Of a stretch of 64,000 bases of DNA, positions 24,295 to 34,680 are shown piece after piece. The number at the start of each line of letters is the position of its first letter. Position 1 is the stretch's first letter. Location of the stretch: assembly GCA_977017645.1 (NCBI GenBank), contig OZ360221.1:135532001-135596000 (forward strand). Reading direction: 5' to 3'. The translations under genes and the position numbers were made by a program. The stretch comes from Torpedo marmorata. Lineage: Eukaryota. A model generated the notes under the pieces. The model did not search any database. It saw nothing but the letters and a program-made list of their open reading frames with translations, and was not told the origin of the DNA.

Positions 24295-24745
24295 GTCAAT
24301 AAAGTGGCTGTTTGGAACAGAAAATTGAAGGAACGAAGATAGAATAATCTCTCTGTGCTTTGGACTGATATTTAAAATAAAATGGTGGCCATCTTGAAGA
24401 TGCCTCGAGTTGGGGGCAGTTTGTAATCCACATCCATCTGCCATGAGTAACAGCCAGAGAGGGATTTAAAGCTTCAAATCTTATAGTAAAGTGTCCGATA
24501 AATACGTTGGAGAAACCATTTTTGGAAAATCAGTGATATTATTGACGGATGTTGTGGTTGAAACTCGTTTGTGGATAGCAGCACATTACAGTCATTTGAA
24601 GTGGTAGGCATAAGTCTGTGGACTCCTTCTGTGTATCTTTAGCAAGTAAGAACACAGATTGAAATTGCTGCCGCTGGTCCATTGGGGACTGTTGATTTGG
24701 CTAGTGTTGTGTATGCTTGAAGGACAGAGGAACAAGACGAGTAAA

Positions 24746-27700
24746 ATGGCCGCAGCAGCCTCTGATACAGCAGCTACTGATGTATCAGCAGCTAACGCAG
24801 CAACCGCTGATATTGCTGTTGAGGACCAATGTATTGAAGACATGAAGATTGCGGATATTAAAGAAGAATTGAAGCGACTGAAAAAGGACATAAGTGGAAA
24901 TAAAAAGGTTCTTATCGCAAGATTGAAGCTGGCAAAGGATGAAGAGGCAGCTTCATTAGATGAACAAGATGATAACTTGGAAATGGCTGAAATTGTGTCA
25001 CCAAATGATGAAGAAAATGTTGAAGAAATTGAAGAGGTTGAAGATGCAAAGGATATACAATTCGAATTGGATAAAGAGATAAGTATGAAGACAACATATG
25101 AACTGCAGGATGAAATACAAGCAAGTGACAGTGTCTCAAATGCTGAAAGCAGGAGAAGCAAAAGAAGTTCTGGTTCGAGCTCCAGAGTTTCTCGTACTTC
25201 AAGTTCTGCATCGTCACGTACAAAGATTGATGTTAAATTGGCCGGTTTTCTTGCACAACAAAAAACGCTTAAGGATAAATATATTTTAGAACAAGAGGAG
25301 GAGCAGCTAAGACAAAAGGAGGAGCAGCTAAGACAAAAGGAGGTGCAGCTAAAGGAGCAGCTAAGACAAGAGGAGGAGCAGCTAAGACAAAATGAGAAGC
25401 AGCTAATGGAGCAGCTAAGACAAGAGAAGGAGCAGCTAAGGCAGAGAAAAGAACAGCAGGAGCTGGAAGCAAACATTGCTATTGCCAAGGCAGAAAAGAA
25501 AGCAATAAAAGGCTCAATGGTATCTGGTGCTGGAAGTAAATTATCTAAATTGTCTGATAATAAAAGGTCATATTTAAAAAATGAGTCACAGGAAAAGAAA
25601 CCAACCAAAAGGATAGATATTTTAGAACCAAGGATACAAAACTTGCATATACAAGGACAAACCTTTCAAGAGCATATTGGTATCGAGTCACATGTACCAA
25701 TGGTAACATCTGAAAGCAAAGCTGCGGCTTGGGTTCGGTCGAATGAAGCAGCTTCTTTGTTATTTGAGTCAAGCATCAGAAATATGGAAGAAACTACACC
25801 AGTGAGGTTTCCAGATACATTGCATGCAACAAGAGACGGTGAACAGAGCAATGTATTGTCATCCAAGGAAAGACAAAATGAAATTGCTGCATCATTGTTT
25901 CAGTTACAGTCTCTCTCTTCTTTACCCAAGAAAGAGATACAAACTTTTGATGGTGATCCACTTCAGTATCAATCATTTATGAGATCTTTCAAACGCAATA
26001 TTGAAGATAAATGCCAAGATCGTGATGAATGTCTTTATTATTTGGAAATGTTCACAAAGGGACATCCAAAAGAACTGGTAAAGAGTTGTAAACAAATGTC
26101 TTCAGAAAGAGGATTAGACAAAGCTAAGGCTTTACTGGAACAATATTTTGGCAACAAGCATCGAATTGCTTTAGCTTATATAGATAAAGCTCTTAAATGG
26201 ACATCAATAAAACAAAATTATGTAAAGGCTCTGCAAGAATATACTCTGTTTTTAAGAGGATGTTGTAATGCTATGGAAGATATCGATAATATTCGTGAGC
26301 TTGAAGTGCATAGTAATATGCGAATCATCTTAGAAAAATTACCTTACAAGTTATGGGATAGATGGAGAAATTTGGCTTGTGATTTACAAGTAAATTACAG
26401 TCGAAAAACGACTTTAAAGGATTTGGTAAATTTTCTTGAACAACAGGTGTACGTTGAAACAGATCCACTATTTGGAAATACCAAAGATAATTCAATGGGC
26501 AAAGATGTAAGGAAGTCTAATTCACAGCCTAGTCCGAAATTGAAAAGGAGTACTTTTGCTACTAATGTGTCAGTTATAAGTAAAGAAAAGGACAAAGTAA
26601 ATAAGGAAAAGGAAAGTTTGCCTGATGAAAAGAGTTGTTTGTTCTGTAAAGGTGGACATGCTTTGGAAATGTGTTTACGATTAGAAAATAAGGAACATAA
26701 GGAAAAGATCGCTTTCTTAAAGGAAAATGGAATATGTTTTAGCTGTCTGTGTAAAGGGCACATCAGTAAAAACTGCAAGAAGCGAATTAATTGTAACATA
26801 TGCAATTTGAAACATCCTAGAATTTTGCATATCCATAACAGAAACAAGGAATTGGGAAAGGAGCAAACAGAAACAAAGGAAACAACAGAAAATAATGTTA
26901 TAACCTCAGTTCAGACAAGTGGTCTTACCGGGGCCGATGTGGATAACTGCAAACTTTCGATAGTACCTGTACAAGTCAAGACCAAGAAAGGGGATGCAAT
27001 AGTAAAAACATATGCATTTCTAGACCCAGGCAGCACTGCATCTTTTTGCACGGAAGGACTAATGAATAAACTTAATATTCAAGGAAGAAGATCAAGAATT
27101 ATGTTAAAAACCATGGGACAAGAAAAGGTTGTTGAAACTAACATTGTTTCAGGCTTAGAGGTTGCTGGATTGAAAGACAAAAAATTTTGTGATCTTCCAC
27201 GTTTATATACTCAGAAGACTATGCCTGTGCATGAAGGAAATATTCCTCATCAAAAGGATATCCATCATTTAGCTTATCTGTGGAAGGTTTATTTACCTGA
27301 AATTAATTCTGAGATAGAAATGCTGATTGGTTCAGATATGCCAAAGGCTTTGGAACCACAAGAAGTAATACAGAGTAAAAGGAATGGACCATACGCTATT
27401 AGAACCAAGTTTGGTTGGACAATCAATGGACCATTGGAAAGAAATAATGATATTGCTCAGGAACAGTTAGCGATAAATATTAATAGAATTTCGGTTGTGA
27501 AAGTTGAAGAGTTAAGCGAAGAGCAAAAAACTGTGAATAAGAAAATCACGTTTGAAGAAAAGAAAACAGGTCAATGTGAAAATAAATCAAGGATATTTAA
27601 AACAACATTGAAAGAATTATTTTCACCAAAAATGGATGAAAGTGAAGTATTAGAAGATTTTGCAAATAATACTATTGATTATTCATGTGTAATTGAATCA

Positions 27701-28180
27701 GATACAGGAATAAAACAAGTGACTGAAAACAAATCTGAATGTAGATTTTGTAGTTCAGAGATTACAACAGACAAAGCTAATGAAGAAATATTGCAATGTG
27801 ATGTAAAACTGGAGAACACAGAAAATTGTGCTGATGGAATAAAGAATAATGTGAATGATAATTTAATGCAATTGAATTCAGAGAACAAAATGTTGAAAGG
27901 GGAATTGGAAATATTAGATAATCAAGAAAACAGTAAACAGAAAGATTTAATTGTAAGTAAAACTCGCAAAGTCAGAAAGCGGAAGAAAAGAATAACTGCT
28001 GAAGAAATGAATACAGTTATTGAGGAAAGAGATTCAGCATTATCAAAATGTAAAAGGTTGGAGGAAGAGATTAATGTTTTAAAAGAGAACAAGTTATTGG
28101 TTAATAACACAAAACAGTTGATTACAAAAAACAATCAAGATTGTAAATTGAATGTTCAGCTATTAACAATGCAGAAATAA
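24746..28180 (+). CDS. BEL/Pao Gag-protease polyprotein: N-terminal SAP-like motif, coiled coil, DUF1759-like region, three zinc knuckles, aspartic protease, then a MIPOL1-like coiled-coil C-terminus
   Basis: The ORF is open from 24659, with a likely ATG at 24746. Motifs: FDGDPLQY, CLFCKGGH..C / CFSCLCKGH..C / CNICNLKH, AFLDPGS, PYAIRTKFGWTINGP and RITAEEMNTVIEERDSALSKCKRLEEE. Confidence 0.85.
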   Translation: MAAAASDTAATDVSAANAATADIAVEDQCIEDMKIADIKEELKRLKKDISGNKKVLIARLKLAKDEEAASLDEQDDNLEMAEIVSPNDEENVEEIEEVEDAKDIQFELDKEISMKTTYELQDEIQASDSVSNAESRRSKRSSGSSSRVSRTSSSASSRTKIDVKLAGFLAQQKTLKDKYILEQEEEQLRQKEEQLRQKEVQLKEQLRQEEEQLRQNEKQLMEQLRQEKEQLRQRKEQQELEANIAIAKAEKKAIKGSMVSGAGSKLSKLSDNKRSYLKNESQEKKPTKRIDILEPRIQNLHIQGQTFQEHIGIESHVPMVTSESKAAAWVRSNEAASLLFESSIRNMEETTPVRFPDTLHATRDGEQSNVLSSKERQNEIAASLFQLQSLSSLPKKEIQTFDGDPLQYQSFMRSFKRNIEDKCQDRDECLYYLEMFTKGHPKELVKSCKQMSSERGLDKAKALLEQYFGNKHRIALAYIDKALKWTSIKQNYVKALQEYTLFLRGCCNAMEDIDNIRELEVHSNMRIILEKLPYKLWDRWRNLACDLQVNYSRKTTLKDLVNFLEQQVYVETDPLFGNTKDNSMGKDVRKSNSQPSPKLKRSTFATNVSVISKEKDKVNKEKESLPDEKSCLFCKGGHALEMCLRLENKEHKEKIAFLKENGICFSCLCKGHISKNCKKRINCNICNLKHPRILHIHNRNKELGKEQTETKETTENNVITSVQTSGLTGADVDNCKLSIVPVQVKTKKGDAIVKTYAFLDPGSTASFCTEGLMNKLNIQGRRSRIMLKTMGQEKVVETNIVSGLEVAGLKDKKFCDLPRLYTQKTMPVHEGNIPHQKDIHHLAYLWKVYLPEINSEIEMLIGSDMPKALEPQEVIQSKRNGPYAIRTKFGWTINGPLERNNDIAQEQLAININRISVVKVEELSEEQKTVNKKITFEEKKTGQCENKSRIFKTTLKELFSPKMDESEVLEDFANNTIDYSCVIESDTGIKQVTENKSECRFCSSEITTDKANEEILQCDVKLENTENCADGIKNNVNDNLMQLNSENKMLKGELEILDNQENSKQKDLIVSKTRKVRKRKKRITAEEMNTVIEERDSALSKCKRLEEEINVLKENKLLVNNTKQLITKNNQDCKLNVQLLTMQK

Positions 28181-28818
28181 TGTGATATTGCATTGCAGAA
28201 ATGTAACAAGCAAGATGAAGAAATTTAAAAAATTCAAGTTTGCCACAACAGGATTGACAATGGAAATATCAATGTATCACATGATATTTTGACTTCAAAT
28301 CAAATTATTAATTTCTCAGAAAGAACTGAGACTGAATTGAAAGTTGCAAAATTGGATTTGGAATTGCAGGAAAGAGCAATAGAAACCAGAGTGGTTAAAC
28401 AGACCTGTTTAAAATCGAAAGGAACAGATAAATATTCAAATTCTAGTTCTAAGAGTTTAAATTCTTCACATGAGAAGTGGAATGCTGAAGAAAGGAATAA
28501 AGTGAAACGACATGCTGAAGAAGTGCCTTGTGTTAAATTCAAAAGAAAAACTGTATCTATTTTGTCTGAGGAAGATTTGAGGTTTACTGGTTGACATTTT
28601 TAACTCAAAGATTATGGAGATAAAAGAACTTTAAAGAGACATTGTGATTATTATGGATAATTCAACTTCAAGAAACTCCTGGTTGGGGGGGCGTGGCGTG
28701 ATGGCGTAGGTTGGAGTCGTGGAAATACACTCCTCCCACAGAATTAATTAAAAACTGTAATTTAAAACTTCATCTGATTGTTAAAAAATATTTAAAAGTT
28801 TTTGTTAAGAAACTAAGA

Positions 28819-30333
28819 ATGACTACAAGAAAAACCAAAGATCAGAAGACAAAGAAACCAGGGATTAAAGAAAATCGGATTCAAGAAGAAGATTGGCCTA
28901 CCGTAATGAAGGAGCCTCGGGACGAAGTTCCTCTCCCTCCACGAAAGATGCAGACGCGGCTGGGTAAGCCTGTAGTGACGCCAGCGCCGTCCTCTCGGGG
29001 AGCTGGGGAAGATGGCGCTGGTGCTCGGAAGAAAACGGGACTACAAAAAGAGGCGGACCTATCGCGCGTGCGCGAAATGACGCGCGCGATTGAAATACAA
29101 AGGGAGCTGTCAGCTTCAGCTGACAGCCTAAAAAAGTCATCCCGTTCGATTCAGTATATCGTTGGACAGGATGAATCTTCATCAGGTTCAACGGATTCAG
29201 AAGAAAAAGGAAGAAAGAAGATACTTTCTGTAGAAGATGATAGACGATCAGAAGAAATGGAGGGAGGGGAAAGAAATATTAGTGGAGGAGAAAAAGCTGA
29301 CTTGTTGCAAGGAAAACAAGAGATTTCAACTACTTTTGTTCAAGCACTGAATTATTTGACAGAGCAAGTATCTACAATGAATAAGCGTATTGAGAATGGA
29401 TTTAAAGGTATGGATACTAATTTTACACAATTTAATGAAGAAATAAAAGATATTAAATATAATTTGAAGAAATATTCTACTGTTGTGGATAAAGTTATAT
29501 TGAAAGTTCAGAAAGTTGAAGATGATGTTGAAGAATGTCGTAATGAAGTGGTGGATTGTAAAGATACGGTGGACAAAATGGAAAATACATTTACTGCCTG
29601 GGAACTGCAAAGAAATCAACTCTTACAAAAAGTAGATACATTGGAGAATCAAAGTCGTAGAAATAACGTTAAGATTGTGGGACTTCCAGAAGATTATGAA
29701 GGGCTAAATCCAACTGATTTTTTTCAAAAATGGATCCCAGACATTCTGGGTAAGGATAATTTTCCTTATGGTCTTGAATTGGATAGAGCCCATAGAGATA
29801 ACAGGAGGAAGCCATTTCCTGGACAAACGCCACGCTCAGTGTTGATCAGATGTCTTCGTTACCAGGATAAGGAAAAAATTTTGAGATTAGCAGTTCAGAA
29901 TGCGAGAGAGAGGAAAGCTCCATTGATTATTGATAAAAATAGAGTGTTTTTCTATGCTGATTTAAGTGCAGTAATATTTAAAAATCGGAAAGAATTTAAT
30001 CCAGCTAAAGCAATCTTTTGGAATAAGGGTTACAGATTTTCTTTTAGATATCCCGCAATATTGAAGGTTCAATTGCGAGACAATCAATCAAAATTTTTTG
30101 CGGACTGCCAAGAAGCTTTGGAATATGCTAACAATCTACCGAATATAAAACAAGATCAAGATGTGTCTGGACATTCTCAAGTTAACATGCCTGTTAATCC
30201 ATTTGTTCAAGATTTGCTACATTTGACCGAGAATCTCCAAGTACGTCCAAGAAGAGATGAACTGGTGGAATTAATCGAGGATCTGTCCGATGAACAAGTT
30301 AATAAGGATTTGGAAGAAGCTGCATTTAGATGA
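28819..30333 (+). CDS. L1 ORF1p (coiled coil, RRM and CTD; Transposase_22-like)
   Basis: LENQSRRNNVKIVGLPE, ELDRAHR, PRSVLIRCLRYQDKEKIL, FYADLS and YPAIL. First ATG at 28819. Confidence 0.9.
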   Translation: MTTRKTKDQKTKKPGIKENRIQEEDWPTVMKEPRDEVPLPPRKMQTRLGKPVVTPAPSSRGAGEDGAGARKKTGLQKEADLSRVREMTRAIEIQRELSASADSLKKSSRSIQYIVGQDESSSGSTDSEEKGRKKILSVEDDRRSEEMEGGERNISGGEKADLLQGKQEISTTFVQALNYLTEQVSTMNKRIENGFKGMDTNFTQFNEEIKDIKYNLKKYSTVVDKVILKVQKVEDDVEECRNEVVDCKDTVDKMENTFTAWELQRNQLLQKVDTLENQSRRNNVKIVGLPEDYEGLNPTDFFQKWIPDILGKDNFPYGLELDRAHRDNRRKPFPGQTPRSVLIRCLRYQDKEKILRLAVQNARERKAPLIIDKNRVFFYADLSAVIFKNRKEFNPAKAIFWNKGYRFSFRYPAILKVQLRDNQSKFFADCQEALEYANNLPNIKQDQDVSGHSQVNMPVNPFVQDLLHLTENLQVRPRRDELVELIEDLSDEQVNKDLEEAAFR

Positions 30334-30606
30334 AGAATTGACATTAATTGTTATGTTTATTCTGTTGGGAGGGGTGGACTTTTTCTTGTCTGCTCCGTAC
30401 CTAACCACACACCACTTTAGTGGCGAGGGCCACTTCCCGAACAGAAGAGGGGGGTTATACTGGTGTAGTACCAGTTATTTTATATAGGGGTTTTTTTAAT
30501 ATTCTTTTTTCTTTCTTTTCTTTGTTTAAGGAGATGTCAGATTTATTACAAATGTGGAAGGGGGAACCGCCTGGTCTGATGAGGAGAGAATTATTAAATA
30601 ATAGTA

Positions 30607-33600
30607 ATGGCAGATAGTAAATTAATAAATGTTGTAAGTATTAATATAAATGGGCTAAATAATCCGATTAAACGGAAAAGAACATTGGCATATATTAAAA
30701 AGTTAAAAGTTGATATTGCTTTTTTGCAAGAGACGCATTTGACAGATGTAGAACATCAGAAATTGAAGAGAGATTGGGTTGGTCAAGTGATTGCGTCTTC
30801 ATTTAATTCTAAAGCAAAAGGAGTCGCTATTTTAATTAATAAAAAATTACCTTTTAAGTTACAGTCTATGGTATTAGATGTTTCAGGAAGATATGTTTTA
30901 ATAAATTGTCAGATATATTCGGAAATGTGGACACTTATGAATATATATGTGCCAAATACGCAAGATGAACAATTTATTCAAGATTCTTTTCTGCATTTAT
31001 CAGAAGCAAATGAGAATATTCTAATTGGGGGGGACTTCAATTGTTGTTTAGATCCAATACTAGACAAAACATCCAAATCAATAGTTAGAACCAAAATTGC
31101 AAAGAAAATTCTTTCTTTGATGAAGGACTTGAATTTAGTTGATATTTGGAGAAAGTTGAATCCAAGAGAAAAAGACTATTCCTTTTATTCTTTTAGACAC
31201 GATTCTTATTCTAGAATAGATATGTTTTTATTGTCATCTCATTTACAAGATAGAGTTACTGAAATACAATATAAAGCAAGAATAATTTCTGACCATTCGC
31301 CCTTAATAATGTCATGTATAATTCCGGAAAAAGAGAAAATGACATATAGATGGAGATTTAATTCTTCTTTATTGAAAAGACCAGATTTTTGTAATTATAT
31401 AAGAAGAGAAATTCATGAATTTTTACAGATTAATTCTAATTCAATGGATAATAAATTTATTATTTGGGACACTTTAAAAGCTTATTTAAGAGGTCAAATA
31501 ATAAGTTATTCAGCAAAGGTCAAAAAGGAATATACTCAAGAATTAGATAAATTGGAGAAGGAGATTGAATTTTTGGAGAAAGATTTACAAAAGAGAAAAT
31601 CAGAAGAAAAAAAGAGGAATTTAATTGGAAAGAAATTGTATTATAATACACTGCAAACATATAAAATGGAAAAAGTAATTGAAAGAACTAAACAAAGATA
31701 TTATGAACTGGGTGAAAGAGCACATAAAGTATTGGCATGGCAATTAAAAAAAGAACAAACTTCTAGAACTATAAATGCTGTAAAAAAGAATTCAAAGAAA
31801 ATATCGTTTAAACCTCGGGAAATAAATGATTCTTTTAGGGAATTTTATTTAAATTTATATAAATCTCAAACTGATAAAGATGATTTTAAAGTGAATCTGT
31901 TTTTATCTAAGATTAAATTGCCTAGATTGAATACTCGAAGTAAGGAATTTTTAGATTCAACATTTACGATGAGAGAAGTTAATGAGGTCCTTAGTTCTTT
32001 AGCAAATGGGAAATCTCCAGGTGAAGATGGTTTCCCACCAGAATTTTATAAGGAATTTAAAGATTTATTGATACCCCCATATATGGAGGTATTAAAACAA
32101 ATAATGGAAACTCATTCTTTACCGGAAACATTTTCTAATGCAATAATAACAGTTATACCAAAAAAAGATAGAGATCCGTTGAAAACAGAATCATATAGAC
32201 CAATTTCATTGTTAAATGTGGACTATAAGATAATGGCGAAAATATTAGCAAATAGACTTGCTAAATATTTACCAGATTTAATTCATGAAGATCAAGCAGG
32301 TTTTATTAAGAATAGATATTCAAAAGATAATATAGCTAGGTTAATTAGTTTAATTAATGTGGCACAAAAGAAAGAGGAATTATCATTAGTATTAACACTA
32401 GATGCTGAAAAGGCTTTTGACAGATTAGAGTGGAATTATTTATTTAAAGTATTGGAAAAATTTGGTTTTGGAACTACATTTATTAATTGGATTAAAACTA
32501 TATATAAAGAACCCTCTGCTAGGGTGGTTACAAATGGACAAATTTCTTCTAAGTTTTTGTTGACTAGGTCGACACGACAAGGGTGTCCGTTATCACCCGC
32601 ATTATTTGTTTTAGCAATTGAACCTTTGGCGGAATTAATTAGACAAGATATTAAGATTGCGGGTATTAAAGTTGGAAATGAAGAACATAAGATTAATTTA
32701 TTTGCAGATGATGTATTGATATATATGACAAAACCTATTACTTCTTTAATACATTTGGATGTTATATTGAAGGAATATGGAGAGATTTCTGGTTATAAAA
32801 TCAATTCCGATAAAAGTGAAATTATGGCATTAACACAAGGTGATTATAGTAAATGTAAAGAAATTACACAATTTAAATGGTCAAACGAAGGAATTAAATA
32901 TTTAGGTATAAAGATAGATACTAAACTAGCCAACTTATATAAATTAAATTATTTACCATTATTTGCGAAAATTAAAAAAGATTTGGAAAGTTGGAAGGAT
33001 TTACCTATAACTTTATTAGGAAGGGTAAATTGTATTAAAATGAATATCTTTCCAAGGATTCAATATCTTTTTCAATCAATTCCATATGAAATTCCTCAGA
33101 AATTTTTTAAAGATTTAAATTTTATTATTAGGAAGTTTTTGTGGAAAGGTAAATTGGCTAGAGTAGCTATGGAAAAATTAACTTGGAATTATGAATTGGG
33201 TGGATTACAACTGCCTAATTTCCAAAATTATTATAAAGCAGCTCAATTATGGTTTATTAATGAATTGTTGGATTTAACAAAAGATTCGGCGTGGATCCGA
33301 ATAGAATTAAATAATATAGGAGAAGATTTGAAGGAAGAAGTTATTTATAAATGGAATTCTAAATTAATATTGATAAGTGGTAAAAATTCTCCTATTTTTA
33401 AACATTTATTAGAAATATGGAATAGATTGGATAAAGAGATAGGAGCGAAAGGTTTAATTTCGCCAAATATGCCTTTATATCAAAATAGACTTATTCCATT
33501 TGCTTTTAATAATCAGTTATTTAAAATTTGGTTTCAAAAGGGAATTAAGAATGTAAATGATTGTTTTGAAGCTGGTAAATTTATTACTTTTCAAAGAATG

Positions 33601-34401
33601 AAAGATAAATTTAATATATTAAATAATACATATTTTGCCTATTTCCAAATTAAAGCTTTTTTAGTTGAAAAACTGGGTCCTAGTTTGGTTTTACCTCGAC
33701 AAAGTGAATTTGAATTATTAGTTATAAATGGAGGTGTAAATAAATTTATCTCTCAAATGTATAAATTATTACAGAGGAAAATGCCCAAGGTAGCAATTCA
33801 TAAATCAAGATTAAAATGGGAATTAGATTTGAATGTAACTATAGAAGAAAAACATTGGAAAGAATTATGTAAGTTAAGTATGACTAAAATTATTAATGTC
33901 AGATATAGATTAGTGCAATATAATTTTTTTCATCAATTATATCTAACACCTAAAAAACTAAAGAAATTTAATCCAGCGTTATCAGATATGTGTTTTAGAT
34001 GTAATGGGGAAGAAGGTTCTTTTGTACATTCTACTTGGTTTTGTCCAAAGATTCAGGATTTTTGGTTTAAGGTTAAGGAATTTTTAGACAAAGTATTAAG
34101 AAATATACTCCCAATGGATCCGATGATATTTTTATTTGGAGATATTAAAAGAATTAGTATTATGATGAATTTAAATATGTATCAAATTGAGTTTTTGAGA
34201 ATTGCTTTAGCTGTTGCTAAGAAATGTATTGCTATCACTTGGAAATCTGATGTAGATTTAGGTTTAGAAAGGTGGCACGCAGAACTTCGTTCTTGTATAC
34301 CACTTGAAAAAATTACTTATAATTTACGTAACAAATATCATTTCTTTTTGAAAATATGGAGCCCATATATAAAAGCGGTTGACTTAAAAATAAAAATTTG
34401 A
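30607..34401 (+). CDS. L1 ORF2p (APE endonuclease, RT, zinc knuckle), intact 1264 aa
   Basis: NINGL, FLQETH, GGDFN, SRID, SDH, KSPGEDG, YRPISLLN, LDAEKAFD, TRQGCPLSP, LFADD and CFRC..H..WFCP. Confidence 0.96.
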   Translation: MADSKLINVVSININGLNNPIKRKRTLAYIKKLKVDIAFLQETHLTDVEHQKLKRDWVGQVIASSFNSKAKGVAILINKKLPFKLQSMVLDVSGRYVLINCQIYSEMWTLMNIYVPNTQDEQFIQDSFLHLSEANENILIGGDFNCCLDPILDKTSKSIVRTKIAKKILSLMKDLNLVDIWRKLNPREKDYSFYSFRHDSYSRIDMFLLSSHLQDRVTEIQYKARIISDHSPLIMSCIIPEKEKMTYRWRFNSSLLKRPDFCNYIRREIHEFLQINSNSMDNKFIIWDTLKAYLRGQIISYSAKVKKEYTQELDKLEKEIEFLEKDLQKRKSEEKKRNLIGKKLYYNTLQTYKMEKVIERTKQRYYELGERAHKVLAWQLKKEQTSRTINAVKKNSKKISFKPREINDSFREFYLNLYKSQTDKDDFKVNLFLSKIKLPRLNTRSKEFLDSTFTMREVNEVLSSLANGKSPGEDGFPPEFYKEFKDLLIPPYMEVLKQIMETHSLPETFSNAIITVIPKKDRDPLKTESYRPISLLNVDYKIMAKILANRLAKYLPDLIHEDQAGFIKNRYSKDNIARLISLINVAQKKEELSLVLTLDAEKAFDRLEWNYLFKVLEKFGFGTTFINWIKTIYKEPSARVVTNGQISSKFLLTRSTRQGCPLSPALFVLAIEPLAELIRQDIKIAGIKVGNEEHKINLFADDVLIYMTKPITSLIHLDVILKEYGEISGYKINSDKSEIMALTQGDYSKCKEITQFKWSNEGIKYLGIKIDTKLANLYKLNYLPLFAKIKKDLESWKDLPITLLGRVNCIKMNIFPRIQYLFQSIPYEIPQKFFKDLNFIIRKFLWKGKLARVAMEKLTWNYELGGLQLPNFQNYYKAAQLWFINELLDLTKDSAWIRIELNNIGEDLKEEVIYKWNSKLILISGKNSPIFKHLLEIWNRLDKEIGAKGLISPNMPLYQNRLIPFAFNNQLFKIWFQKGIKNVNDCFEAGKFITFQRMKDKFNILNNTYFAYFQIKAFLVEKLGPSLVLPRQSEFELLVINGGVNKFISQMYKLLQRKMPKVAIHKSRLKWELDLNVTIEEKHWKELCKLSMTKIINVRYRLVQYNFFHQLYLTPKKLKKFNPALSDMCFRCNGEEGSFVHSTWFCPKIQDFWFKVKEFLDKVLRNILPMDPMIFLFGDIKRISIMMNLNMYQIEFLRIALAVAKKCIAITWKSDVDLGLERWHAELRSCIPLEKITYNLRNKYHFFLKIWSPYIKAVDLKIKI

Positions 34402-34680
34402 AGATCTCTGAACATTGGATCAGACTGGTGAACCTAATTTCCACAAAATTTAGTTTATAGTTATTCTTATTGTAGATTGACATTCTCCTTAGTTTATCTT
34501 TTTCTTTTCTTTACTTTATTTTATTTTATAGATTAGTAGGGGTGGGGGGGTTAGGGTGGGGAGGGTGGTTGGGAGGGAGAAAATATATCACATGTATTTT
34601 GATAATTTTGCAATTTATACAATGTATTTTGTGATTTAAAATTTTAAATAAAATATTTAAAAAAAAAGAAACTCCTGGTT

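Larger units (their letters stand above)
28685..34665 (+). mobile_element. Full-length L1-clade LINE with two intact ORFs
   Basis: 15-bp TSD AAGAAACTCCTGGTT (28670-28684, 34666-34680), G-rich 5' end, ORF1, ORF2, AATAAA and poly(A). Confidence 0.96.

Noticed and set aside
24659-24745. Hydrophobic signal-peptide-like N-terminus on the BEL ORF
   Set aside because: It depends on a TTG start. The ATG at 24746 (AAAATGG) has a strong Kozak context, so this is probably 5' UTR.
25290-25465. CRISPR-like regular repeats
   Set aside because: No unique spacers, eukaryotic context, and it is a coding minisatellite.
24592-25608. 338-aa minus-strand ORF rich in Ser/Cys/Leu
   Set aside because: Antisense shadow of the repetitive gag region, with no independent motifs.
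27500-28420. Envelope-like gene in the BEL element
   Set aside because: No signal peptide, fusion peptide or transmembrane segment. The sequence is a hydrophilic coiled coil.
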